From Setoptus koraiensis (lineage: Eukaryota > Animalia > Arthropoda), in the NCBI GenBank assembly GCA_048013815.1, contig CM106586.1, forward strand, positions 17,112,001 to 17,176,000: a stretch of DNA of 64,000 bases, written 5' to 3'. Positions 1 to 10,500 of the stretch are shown one piece after another. Position 1 is the first letter of the stretch; the number at the start of each line of letters is the position of its first letter. The notes under the pieces are model-generated. The model had not been told where the DNA came from, did no database searches, and worked only from the letters and a program-made list of their open reading frames with translations. Position numbers and translations under genes: made by a program.

Positions 1-339
1 TTACACAGCCGCACACTGGCTCAATGCACAGTATGCAAATTTGTCGCCATTTAGCCCCCTCCGAAATTGCGCTACTTGTTCCGACACGGAAGTGAACACA
101 TATTGCATCGGCTAATACTCATGCTCATGCACTGGAGGCAATAGATTGGTCTTGAGCTTCAGCTTACTACACAATGCTTATTATTAGCTTGCTCGCTTAT
201 TATTAGTATCATGATTAACAATCATATTTTCTATTTCTTGCCTTTCAAGCAATGCTAACTTTATTTACGCGCTAGTTTACATTTAGCAAAGTTTTAGTAG
301 CAACAACAATCCCATGCTCACACGTTGAATTGCTTAAAA

Positions 340-1400
340 CAAATCGCTTCACAGATTAAGCATTTGGATGCCAGCCAAGAGCATTCATTATCACTGACTA
401 TAACGGAATGAACTCCGACAATCCACACTGTCCACCGGTAGTTGCGCTGTATCAATCAACCTTCAGCTAACAACAACAACTCGTTGTCCGGATTCTCCAG
501 TCTTGCGTTGGGCCCAAACGCAACAATACTGTTCATTGTCTCTAATCGACTTACACCACTCGGTTCATAGGGACAAAAGATCTGAGCCCGAATTCCACAG
601 GTCAAACGAAGCCTTGCTGGAACACTACAATTTGTTATGCACAACTTACGGCAATTCCATATACCTTCTCATGGGCTTGAGGATTGGATCAGATTTATAA
701 AATACCATGGTATTCTTGCGACAGAAATCATCAGCTTGGAAAATTTATGGAGAACATAAGATAGCTTCGAAAATGCAGCAAGTTGACTGATCAGATATCA
801 GAATAAAGATTCTGGCTGAATAGTGACAGAACTTTGTTGTGTCAGCATCACAAGTTTCTTCTATATAGCCTGAGAGCATGATTATCGGACGGTGTGATAT
901 TTTTTGTAGATAGTTTACATGTTAGTTCTATAGATCTCATAATCACGCAACAATCAATGCAGAGACAAAAGTGAGGATACGTCCCAGAAATAAGAAATTG
1001 ACGTCACACACAAGCAATCGTTTGCGATCCAATAAGGATCAGCGGAGGATTGAATGACCAAGTAACATCGATTGAAAAAATACGCCCAGAAGGACGAGAA
1101 AATCCAAGATAAAAATCGACTCTGAGCTCTTCTTGCCAGATGATGTGATGCGGAATTCATTTGAGGAATCGCTCTATTTAATCGCCTGAAACTCAGTCTT
1201 TCAATTGACACAAGATCATCATGTCCAAGCGCCGGTCAGAGTCGAGAAGACCATCTCTTTTCGCCGTCAGTGAGATTAGGTTTACTTAGCAACTCCATAA
1301 CATCCTGTTAGATACAATTGAAGTTGGAGATTATTGTGAGAATAACCGATTATTTACATCTTAAGATATTACTACACAAAGAGATTGTAGGTTATCTGAG
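340..1400 (-). pseudogene. Decayed copy A of an unidentified coding or mobile-element family (stops and frameshifts); boundaries approximate
   Basis: The minus-strand remnant IFCPYEPSGVSRLETMNSIVAFGPNARLENPD (about 490-585) aligns with ISCPYESSYMSLLKGMDTIV--GPNAQLENPD at about 3995-4085. DNA similarity also appears at about 1335-1395 vs about 4775-4845. No intact long ORF. Confidence 0.4.
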
Positions 1401-1420
1401 ATAACTTACAATACCCCTTC

Positions 1421-2031
1421 CTAAATAAATAGCATGTTGATTTTGTTATTAGACTATACTTTTGGATGAGTCAAGATGCACTGTGGTAGTTACTGGTGTT
1501 GTTGTGTAACGATGACAGCGTTAAATTAAAGCTGCAACATACGACGTGAGATATTCAGCATTAACAGCTGATAATGGCAGTGGCATTTCTTAGAGTACAG
1601 TGACATCCCTTGCATTGCGAAAATTTTTATACATTTGTGACACAAAGACGGCAACAACCTCTTGTACTCTTGCCTTCATTCCAAACATTACAAATCATCC
1701 AGAGCAAATGGCACCCTCACTATTTCTGGAAATTGTATAGATTATATAGCAACAATAGAAGGCACAGTATCTCACAAAGTAGTAGAGCATGATCTGCAAG
1801 ATTCCATCTGAACATCAGCAATACAACATCGACTGTAGCGCGCCGGATAAAGTTATAGTAAGTGGCGAGTATTCTGTTGTTTACGGTAAGGTGAGTTTAA
1901 CGACACCCAATAACTTGAGGAATTATTTTTCTTCTACTATTCGACAGTATATACCTCTAACCACTTGTTGCTTTTCTCCTTCCTCGCGGACACATATTTA
2001 CCATGTATTCTAAGTAGGATGCATGCAGTAG
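1421..2031 (+). pseudogene. Inverted partial duplicate of the mevalonate kinase upstream region, exon 1 and intron 1 (donor locus 10147-11363, minus strand)
   Basis: 1421-1590 matches rc(11170-11363); 1630-1790 matches rc(10740-10905); 1810-2031 matches rc(10147-10375). It encodes CSAPDKVIVSGEYSVVYGK followed by gtgagt at 1891, against CSAPGKIILSGEYSVVYGK/gtgagt in MVK. The intron copy ends at aagtag (2017). Confidence 0.92.
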
Positions 2032-3719
2032 ACCACCGATACGTCAAAAACAACGGAGTCGCCCCGCAACTGCCCAACGTAAAGGCAAATGGATCGGCGG
2101 ATGCTAACATCAACAGCAAAAGTGCCCTGGCTTTGGTGGAGGTGAGGCGAAAATTTGTCCAGTATGCTGAAGAGAATCCCGACAAGGTGAACGAACGCGA
2201 CTTGAAGCGCCTCAAAACCGACGACTGGTATTTGAAACGTTACCTGTTGGCTAGAAATAGGAAGGTCCAAGACACTTTAGACATGCTGAAGCACACAATG
2301 GAATGGCGCAACGAATTTGGCATTCACCTGTCCGAAGATTCCATGTTTCCGCAGGAATTCTACAAAGTAGGCGCCCTATTTCCGTACGAAAATGATAAAA
2401 AAGGCAATTCTGTCCTGTATATGCGCATCAAATATCACAAGAAAATCACCGAACTAGTTGAGGTAGAAAAACACTTTTTGGTGCACACCTTGGAGAAAAT
2501 AGATCGCATAACAAATGGCAATGGCTTAGTAATAGTTTTCGATTGTCACGAGGCCAGCTACTCGAACTGCGACATGGAATTCTTGCAATTCTTGATTTCG
2601 TACGCCGCCGAACACGCACCCGCCGGACTCCAATACATAATAGTGTACAAGTTGCCCTGGGTACTGAATGCCTTTTGGAGTTTGGCCCAAAAATTGTTGC
2701 CTGCTTATCTGGCGAACAAGATTTGCTTCTGTGACGAAACAAGCATTTTGCAGTGCATAGACAAGGATAATTTGCCTGACTACATGGGTGGATCCTGTCG
2801 GCGCAACTACCGCTGGATTCCGCCAGGCAGCCCATCAGTGTTCAAGCTTGCCAGCGCTTACGGAATTTCCGACGAGGATGTAGAAGGGTTGTTGCCTCAT
2901 TTTCAGGCATTTTTGGATGAGGCCGATGAGGTGCTCAAGAGAAGTGACTACGTGGATCCGCCCGCCGCGATAACGCAATACATGAACAATCCCGAGATCG
3001 CCCGCGACATGATGGCCGACTTGGTGCTCGGCTCCGGCGAGCGCAGTCAGACGAATACTGTGGAAAACAGCAACAACAGCAGATCACAGCACCATTTGAA
3101 CGCTACCCAACCCGTTGGTCACGACAAATCACTGGTGCGTGTATTCCCGCAACGATTTTGCTTATTCACACCCGATTCATTTGACGGTATCTGTAACGCA
3201 ACCCTGACCGTGTTCAATCCAAGCCAACACGATACTCTTGCTTTCAAGCTCCAAACAAACAGACCCGCGGCCTACCGGGTTCAGCCAGCCCGAGGTTTGG
3301 TGCAACACGGCTCGTCTGTAAGGCTCTACATATCACTATTAGAGGAGCACGAACAGGGGGACGAGTTTCTATTAATTGCTCAACGCGTGCCGGCACACGT
3401 AGAAAAGATGCCAGCCAGCGAGTTTGAGTCCCTTTGGCAACAACAATCTAACTATGTCAAACAACAAACATGTGTGAGATTGGCCTCCCAGATCAGACGA
3501 GGCGCTCAACTAGCCACTGTTTCGGGTTGTGGCCAAACAACTAACAAGACAAAGCCGACATCGACATTATCTAGACAACAACAACAACAATTGAATAGTG
3601 ACACCCAGATACACGAATTGATAGCCACTTGCCATTCATTGAAACGAAGCCAGACTCTTTCAATACTCATCAATGTTATACTCTTGTTGATTATCATAAA
3701 TCTTTTATATTTTAAGTGA
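2019..3719 (+). CDS. MOSPD2: Motile sperm domain-containing protein 2-like (CRAL-TRIO + MSP domain + C-terminal TM anchor); intronless, 566 aa from the ATG at 2019
   Basis: CRAL-TRIO_N motif (TDDWYLKRYLLARN), SEC14-type core (GLVIVFDC...YIIVYKLPWVLNAFW), MSP domain (LTVFNPS...LAFKLQTNRPAAYRVQP) and hydrophobic tail ILINVILLLIIINLLYFK. The ORF-track TTG start at 1965 lies inside the copied MVK intron. Confidence 0.9.
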   Translation: MHAVDHRYVKNNGVAPQLPNVKANGSADANINSKSALALVEVRRKFVQYAEENPDKVNERDLKRLKTDDWYLKRYLLARNRKVQDTLDMLKHTMEWRNEFGIHLSEDSMFPQEFYKVGALFPYENDKKGNSVLYMRIKYHKKITELVEVEKHFLVHTLEKIDRITNGNGLVIVFDCHEASYSNCDMEFLQFLISYAAEHAPAGLQYIIVYKLPWVLNAFWSLAQKLLPAYLANKICFCDETSILQCIDKDNLPDYMGGSCRRNYRWIPPGSPSVFKLASAYGISDEDVEGLLPHFQAFLDEADEVLKRSDYVDPPAAITQYMNNPEIARDMMADLVLGSGERSQTNTVENSNNSRSQHHLNATQPVGHDKSLVRVFPQRFCLFTPDSFDGICNATLTVFNPSQHDTLAFKLQTNRPAAYRVQPARGLVQHGSSVRLYISLLEEHEQGDEFLLIAQRVPAHVEKMPASEFESLWQQQSNYVKQQTCVRLASQIRRGAQLATVSGCGQTTNKTKPTSTLSRQQQQQLNSDTQIHELIATCHSLKRSQTLSILINVILLLIIINLLYFK

Positions 3720-3849
3720 CCCCAATTGACTACATAAATCCACTCAATATAGGTCAAAACCGACGGTCAGCAGTGGCTCTAGTCAGAATCGGATGAGTTC
3801 AAACATCGGCAAAGAATATCTCTACATTTCAAAGATCTAGCTAATGATC

Positions 3850-4860
3850 TCAACAGTCCAGTTGTATGAATATAAGATTTCTGAAACCATAGAAGGTTGC
3901 GATCCAGGCTCGGCCAAGTCTTTTATCAATCGGTCAATGGTGATTATATTCCTTTCGGTGAATATGCAGTATATCATCATGAAAAAACCCTCCGTCCGGG
4001 TTCTCCAGTTGTGCGTTGGGCCCAACAATAGTATCCATTCCCTTCAATAGACTCATATAACTCGATTCATACGGACAAGAGATCTTAGAAATCATCAATC
4101 CTTGGATAAATACTTTTGAAAAGTTTGCAAGTGGTGGATTGATAAAATACCGGAACGAGGTCCTAAATATTTGCAGAACTCGGTTGTGCCAGCATCAAAA
4201 GTTTCGCTTGTCGGACCTAAGAGCATGACTTCAATGGTGAGAGATGAAGCTAAAATACTAGTCAGTAGCCCGGAAAGGGGTCGACGAACCATTATGGTTG
4301 ATGCCTTCGAATCGAAATATGACCTTTTTGAACATTTAGTCAGCATTACAAACCTCCGATGATCTGATGTCTTCTTATGAAGAAATCTATCAAGGGCAAA
4401 GATGCGCGATAAAATCAAAATTTGTGATAAACAGAATATTTCATTAAATGTCTATCGACAACGTTTGAATGATAATGACCATTCTTCATTTTTGTATCGT
4501 CCTCATATTTATATCTGATTCTGGAAAGTAATCAGCCGTGAACGTCACTGACCGCCTTCGATGTTGAGCCAAAATAGAATCAATACAATTTCCTGCCATT
4601 TGGTAACGGCTTGTTCATTCCATAATCTAACAATTGATCGTCGTTCTGTATTTGAGACTATTTAATCGAAATAATTTTATCGGTTTCGGCGCATAATTCT
4701 ATAGTTAATCCATCCATGAACGTAACTGATTTGAATAGTCAGGATGTAGAAGTTTCTAAAAATCTAAAGAATAACCTGTGAGAATTATCTACACTTGCTT
4801 GAGATTTATCTTAAGTAAGGTGTTCATAACATTGTAAGTAACTTTAAGGAATAAGTATTA
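3850..4860 (-). pseudogene. Decayed copy B of the same unidentified family as 340-1400; boundaries approximate
   Basis: Same-strand paralogy with copy A (GPNA-LENPD motif). Also rc(4555-4605) caaatggcaggaaattgtattgattct...gaaggc resembles 1704-1765 and its MVK-side counterpart. Multiple in-frame stops. Confidence 0.4.
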
Positions 4861-7468
4861 TAGTTATAGGTAGTTATGATGAAAAATAATTACTTATAGA
4901 TTGACAGCACTGATAGTTAGTCCATTAACTGCGCGACGATGCAGACTTATCAAGAGGAAGGTCAGAATACGATTCGTCTTTGGTGATAAAGACAATAGAG
5001 AAGGGTCAAACTTTTTACGAAGTCTCGCTGACATTAAAAAACCCAAGGTATAGAGATTGTGCAAAGATTTATATCAATTTTATATTCATATATTTCAGCC
5101 ATTTAATAGATTTTCTATGACCTAACATATGTTTAACATTCTCGAGTAAGCAGCAGTTTACTTTCAACGACATCTTTCCTGTTCTTATTTCTCTAAATAA
5201 TAATCTAGAAGAATTGTCGATTTGAAGTATCTTCTTCCAAAGACTTATCATTTAATCGTGGTATTCCCGTTCATTATTATTAGCTCATGACTAGTTTCAA
5301 TTTAATAAAACTGAGATTAATTAAAAACAAGCTTGACAGAGCACCTTGTTGTTGTTGTTTTCTGTGGATTGTGCGACAACATGTTCCGCAGACTGTCGCA
5401 TGATGCATGCTAGCATTATAGTTACTGGTTCATGTTGGTTGTACAGCATGCTAGTTGAAAGTCGCAACTTTTTTGTTGACTCTTGATGATATAATACTTG
5501 ATTTAACTGCTTTATAGATGGTGACTGTATCAGATCGTTTATCAGCACCAACAACAACATCAACGACAACAACAACAACAACAACAACGAGGCACATGTT
5601 AGCCGTGATACAAAGGTAAAATATGTATATGTTCTGGGAATTCCAAGATGTTATAAGGAGCGAGATAGTAAAAGGCGTCATTAGATTATTTGCTACTGCC
5701 ACTGTATGTGGTATGTATGTGGTGGCGATGGTAATTTGTTGTAGCAACGACAACAAATTGCATGCAACATGTCAAGATATGATCAATAGAAGATCCCCCA
5801 TAGAGAGAAAGTGAGACCAATTCTTATTAACAAAGTAATGAAACTGGTGATCATGTTTGACTTTAAAACCGCTCAGTGTTGACGATATGTAACCCTGTCT
5901 CATAGCGATAGTTTTGTTTCTGTTTTTATAACATATTCTAATGAGTGATTTTTGTTATTAATTTCTGGGTTTTACGTGTGCGTCAACTTATAATGTTTTA
6001 TTTATTATTATGTGAGTTTTGTTTATCAATCAGCATTTATATTGTCACTGCCGAGGGTCAATGATGTCAACAAGGATCAATCAAATCACCTATAATCACT
6101 TTCTTTCAAGTCTAATCAAGTCTAGTCCCGGATCGACTAGCTACTAACTAGGTATGCTATGCTATCTGATATGTGGATATTCATCATCTGTCTACCTGCG
6201 ACAAACATTGCTCATTGCTATCTATTAAATTAGTCAAGTGTTTATTATCGTGATTATTGTGAGATATGACGACGACGACGACGTCTAGACCGAAAAAAGT
6301 TCACAAACAAATGTAGGGAATCAGCATCAAGGTTCTATTGATGGGATGCTAGAGGTGCGGCTAGTCAGAGGATGTTGCTCCCAGAGATTTTATGATGGAG
6401 CAAAAAAACAGATACGCAAAAGAGAGAAAGTATTGTGCCAGATTTTGATAGTAGATAGAATGTTTGTGCGTCACAATGTTTGCACGCAATAACATAGAAA
6501 CAAAATGATTGCGTGCAAATGTAATGCCAAATACCTCATCTCATTAATATTTAATCACGGGAACTAAATGCTCTAAAGAATTAGAGCAGCAAAGCCACCG
6601 AGGAATTAATTAGCCGACATAGATATAATTATTGTGTGACTACTGGATGTAGACAAAAAACTTTACAATGATTAGATACAATGCAGAGACTCTTCTCTCT
6701 GAAAACTGTATATGGTGCATATAAAATGATGATAACTCACTATAGGGTTGACAGTCTCTATATTAAACTCGTGATGAGCTGACCGCGCGCTTGTTAGGTA
6801 TGAAATTGAAATGACTTGCCTGTAATTTTATTCTATTTATTTTGAGCACGTGCTCAGGTAAAACAGCACCGCATGGGCTCCAGACAAGTTACTGGGTTAG
6901 TTGCTACTGATACAGTCATTATCATTTGTATATGTATATATGGTTGAGTATAATGAGTTTGCATTTTGCGCCTCATTCTGTCAACCTGCACTAACGATAG
7001 AATGATCTGAAGTTGACCCGCTCTGTTCAAGTTTCAACTTTTGTTTTATAGATGCTCTCGAACGGCCCCGGTCTTCTTCTGTCTATTGAGCTAGATTTCC
7101 AACTTTTCACGTCATGACCTACAAAGAATTTACAATAAAAAAAGGAAATATTCAAATGCATTGCGTTTGTTGTCCGTTTAGCCAGCGACAGTTTTGCCAA
7201 GACCACACCATATATCCGTTACTAGTATCTTCATCATTCTCGGATTCATCTTCAGCTTTTACAAATGTATTCTATAATGATCAAAACAAAAAAGAAAAGA
7301 AACAATGGACAGCAACAGCAAAGAAGTATCTCACAACGAATACAATCAATACTTTAGAGAGCATGTTTTTATTTTGTTGAATTAGATCGCGCTAATGTAA
7401 GCAACAATCCATACAACAGCAACAACAACGCCTTATTATAGCCCACTTGACAAGAATCATTGAAGAAA

Positions 7469-8602
7469 ATGATGAAATCAAGAAATCGTTTAGTGTCCAA
7501 TAGTGAGACAGCTTCGTCTAATCTGAGATTATCTAACCTAAAAAATGATTTAGCCAATACATCTAATATTGTGCAAAATATCAGAACACCCCAATCAAAT
7601 ATAGTGTCTGCACAAGCTCTGAGAAAGCGCCGTTCCTCTATCAATGTATACGATCAGCCATCTAGTTTAAGTTCGCGTCTCCGACAATTGGAGACCGACA
7701 TGCTTAGACTGGATGAAGACAGGACAAAATTATACGATGATACTCATTCGACATTGGCCCAATACGAGCTTAGATTGAAAGAGATTCAAGCAATATTGAG
7801 ATCGCGCCAAGACAATGTTGAGAAGTATGTAGAAGACATGAGAATTCTGTTGGATGCAAAATCAGATTTTGAGGCGCAACTTAAGACTCTAAGGGAAAAA
7901 CATGTAAGTTTATGCTTCCAAGTGTGTCTATTGGCAGTTAGCAATCTTTTCATCAAACTGTCTCTAAATTGTCAGCTTAAATGATAAACTTTTCTCAATG
8001 AATCGCAATTTAAATAATTGCTAACGTAACAAAGCAACAAACCGTTTACTCTACTTGCACATTGTCGCACTATATCAACATCTACAACCACTACTGAAAC
8101 CTAGGAACGGTTACAAGATAAATTTAGCCAACGCGAAACAAATATATCACGTGAGATTAAATTGTTGAAGAATAAATTTGAATTGTTGGAAAAAAATAAA
8201 ACATTTAGAACCATCTTACAAAAGTCTAATACTAATAGACAAAATAGCTCAATTGGTGATAACAACATTGACCTACATCAGCTAGATAATCGATCGTCCA
8301 GTCCGGTGTCATTGTCCGATAACAAACATTCGGGTATACCTAACAGAGGGCAAACAAAATCTAATTCATACGCCAGCGGCGTTCATATCGATGATAGTGC
8401 AAGTGATAAAAGGAATAGATTTAAATCACTAGTCAATCGACTAATTTGCTATCCAAGATATTTACTTAGAACTAGAAAAGTTTCAAGTAGCGATCATGGA
8501 CAAACTAAACCTAAACCAAATGGCCCATTTTGGCGTTTCATTCGTCTTTTAACATGGTGGTGCAGTGTCAAGAAACGTCCATCACCAAATACTACACAAT
8601 AG
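7469..8602 (+). CDS. Uncharacterised coiled-coil protein; exons 7469-7903 and 8105-8602; 5' end uncertain
   Basis: Heptad-rich ORF (LRQLETDMLRLDEDRTKL...LKTLREKH). A phase-0 donor gtaagt at 7904 and acceptor cctag at 8104 join in frame to ERLQDKFSQRE...LKNKFELLEK. Confidence 0.6.
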
Positions 8603-9028
8603 GCACAACAAAAATTTATATAAATATACACTATTTATTTCGTGTTGGTTAGTTAACATATACTTGGAGTAGCAACAACAATGTAAATATGGCTATTATT
8701 ATTGTATCATTGTATCATTATTAATGTCGCTCAAGCCAGCGACCGCCATGATGGCACTAATGGCAGCGTGCGGCTTCTTGAGTTAGTAGAGTACAACTAT
8801 CACATTATGAATTTACACCAAGCATTTTATTATTAACAAATAAAAAGGTATTCATCAGCAGTTATCACACTAACAGTATTTTAGAATTTTTGAACAACAT
8901 CCAAAAAGAAATGAAGATACTCGTTGAACTACTCATTGCCCACAGTTCTCTCTAAAATTTCTAGACTGATCTCATCGCATCAGTAACGTTACAAAATGTT
9001 TTAATTTTCTTCTTGGTCTGTTCAACTG

Positions 9029-10500
9029 CTAGCTGAGTAATGAAACTTGTGTTTTAACTCCATCACCTCCTATTTGTGTTCTATAGCATCTGTAGCCTCT
9101 TGAGGTCAAAAGGTGCGCCAAATCATCTAGCTTTTGGCTGTCCAAATTCCTCCATAATACAAAAGCCATACCTCCACCACCGGCACCTGTCATCTTGGCA
9201 CAATATCCACATTTAAGGCAACAATCGATTATATCTGATAGAGTGGTATGACCAACTCCCAGTTCATCTAACAGTTGTTGATTTTTAGTTAGTAGGGCAT
9301 CCATTGAGGCGCTGCCACCGTACTGTTTAGATTGAAATTCATCCCAAACAGATAAAGTCACTTTATCAATGTCGTCAAACAACTTCTGCGAATCAAAATC
9401 TGAATCATTTAGTCTATCAGCTAATTTTTTGCACAAAGTCTTTGAGCTTCGTGCAACGCATGTATCCACCAATAGCGCATTCCAGGCCTCGTTTTTAATG
9501 TCAGTGATTAGTTGCTTGATTTTACCCTGCCGAAATAACATTAAACCGCCGTGAGCTATTACATTATTGTCAATTCCTGATGGTGTTCCACAAAAATGCC
9601 TATCAAGTTGATACGCCCACTCACTAATCATTTGTTTCGATGGATCCGATTTAATATCTTTCATTTTCAGGAGAGCACCGCAAAGCGCTACGGAATAGGC
9701 TGATGAAGAGCCTAGTCCACAACCTACAGGCAACTGTGATTCAATTGATACATTTATAGCTGGTCTACCTGATGACATGTACGAGTCAGTTATTGCCAGA
9801 TAAGATAATAAGAAGGCGAAAATTGCATCTTGGCAGGAGTTTTCAACAATATCACAGTTTTGTTGTAGATGGTTGTTATTGTCGCCAAGTTGCTTCTCGG
9901 AACTGTTCAGCTCATCGCTATTGTTCTTTGAACGAACAATGTAACGAGAATCCATTAGTGGACTCAATTTTTTCAATAACGTATCGTTAAAATTAAGTTT
10001 TTCATCACGATTAGACACTAAATTGTAGTCTCGCAGATGATCCGATGGCCAAGATCTGATATGATTGAAATCTGACAGTTTAACTCTAACATTGCCGTCA
10101 TTGCTTGGCCTAATAGAGACATGTGTTCTCATGTCTATGGTAGCCGCTACTGCATGCTACTCAAAATACATGATAGATATGTGTCCGCGAGGAAGGAGAA
10201 AAGCAACAATCGCAGCAACAAGTGGTTAGAGGCACACACTGTCGAATAGTAGAGAGAAAAATTATTCCACATGTTGTTGGGTGTCATTAAACTCACCTTA
10301 CCGTAAACAACAGAATACTCGCCACTTAATATAATTTTACCCGGAGCGCTACAATCGATGTCGTATATGTCATTTTTCTGACAGCTTGAAGCATTCGGCG
10401 TCTGTTGTTCACTGTTGGTCCGATTAGATTGGTGATTCGAGTCACCTGCAGACATTTTCTCTGCGTAGATCTCTATCTGACTTTCAATGTGATTTTCCAT
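9029..10500 (-). CDS. MVK: Mevalonate kinase (GHMP family), 443 aa; exons 10500-10297 and 10156-9029 (140-bp intron)
   Basis: SAPGKIILSGEYSVVYGK|HAVAATIDMRT splices in frame. The ATP loop ESQLPVGCGLGSSSA, GTPSGIDN and KMTGAGGGG are the canonical MVK motifs. Confidence 0.93.

Noticed and set aside
1965-2018. ORF-track start of MOSPD2 at TTG 1965
   Set aside because: It lies in the copied MVK intron upstream of the AG acceptor at 2016-2017; the first ATG is at 2019.
1789-3719. In-frame MVK-exon1::MOSPD2 fusion protein
   Set aside because: The phase-0 donor at 1891 joined to the acceptor at 2017 is shifted by one base relative to MOSPD2, and no convincing in-frame acceptor was found.
3720-3850. 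Homology of the MOSPD2 3' flank to the MVK 3' flank (rc 8880-9028)
   Set aside because: Only scattered 5-6-nt matches (atgag, ttcaa, tatct, catttc), indistinguishable from chance by eye.
4095-4418. Possible reverse-transcriptase or transposase remnant
   Set aside because: No YxDD, DDE or other diagnostic motif in any frame; kept only as an unidentified decayed family.
5300-7100. Short ORFs and possible exons (for example 5518-5615)
   Set aside because: Driven by (CAA)n runs; could not be assembled into a consistent gene model.
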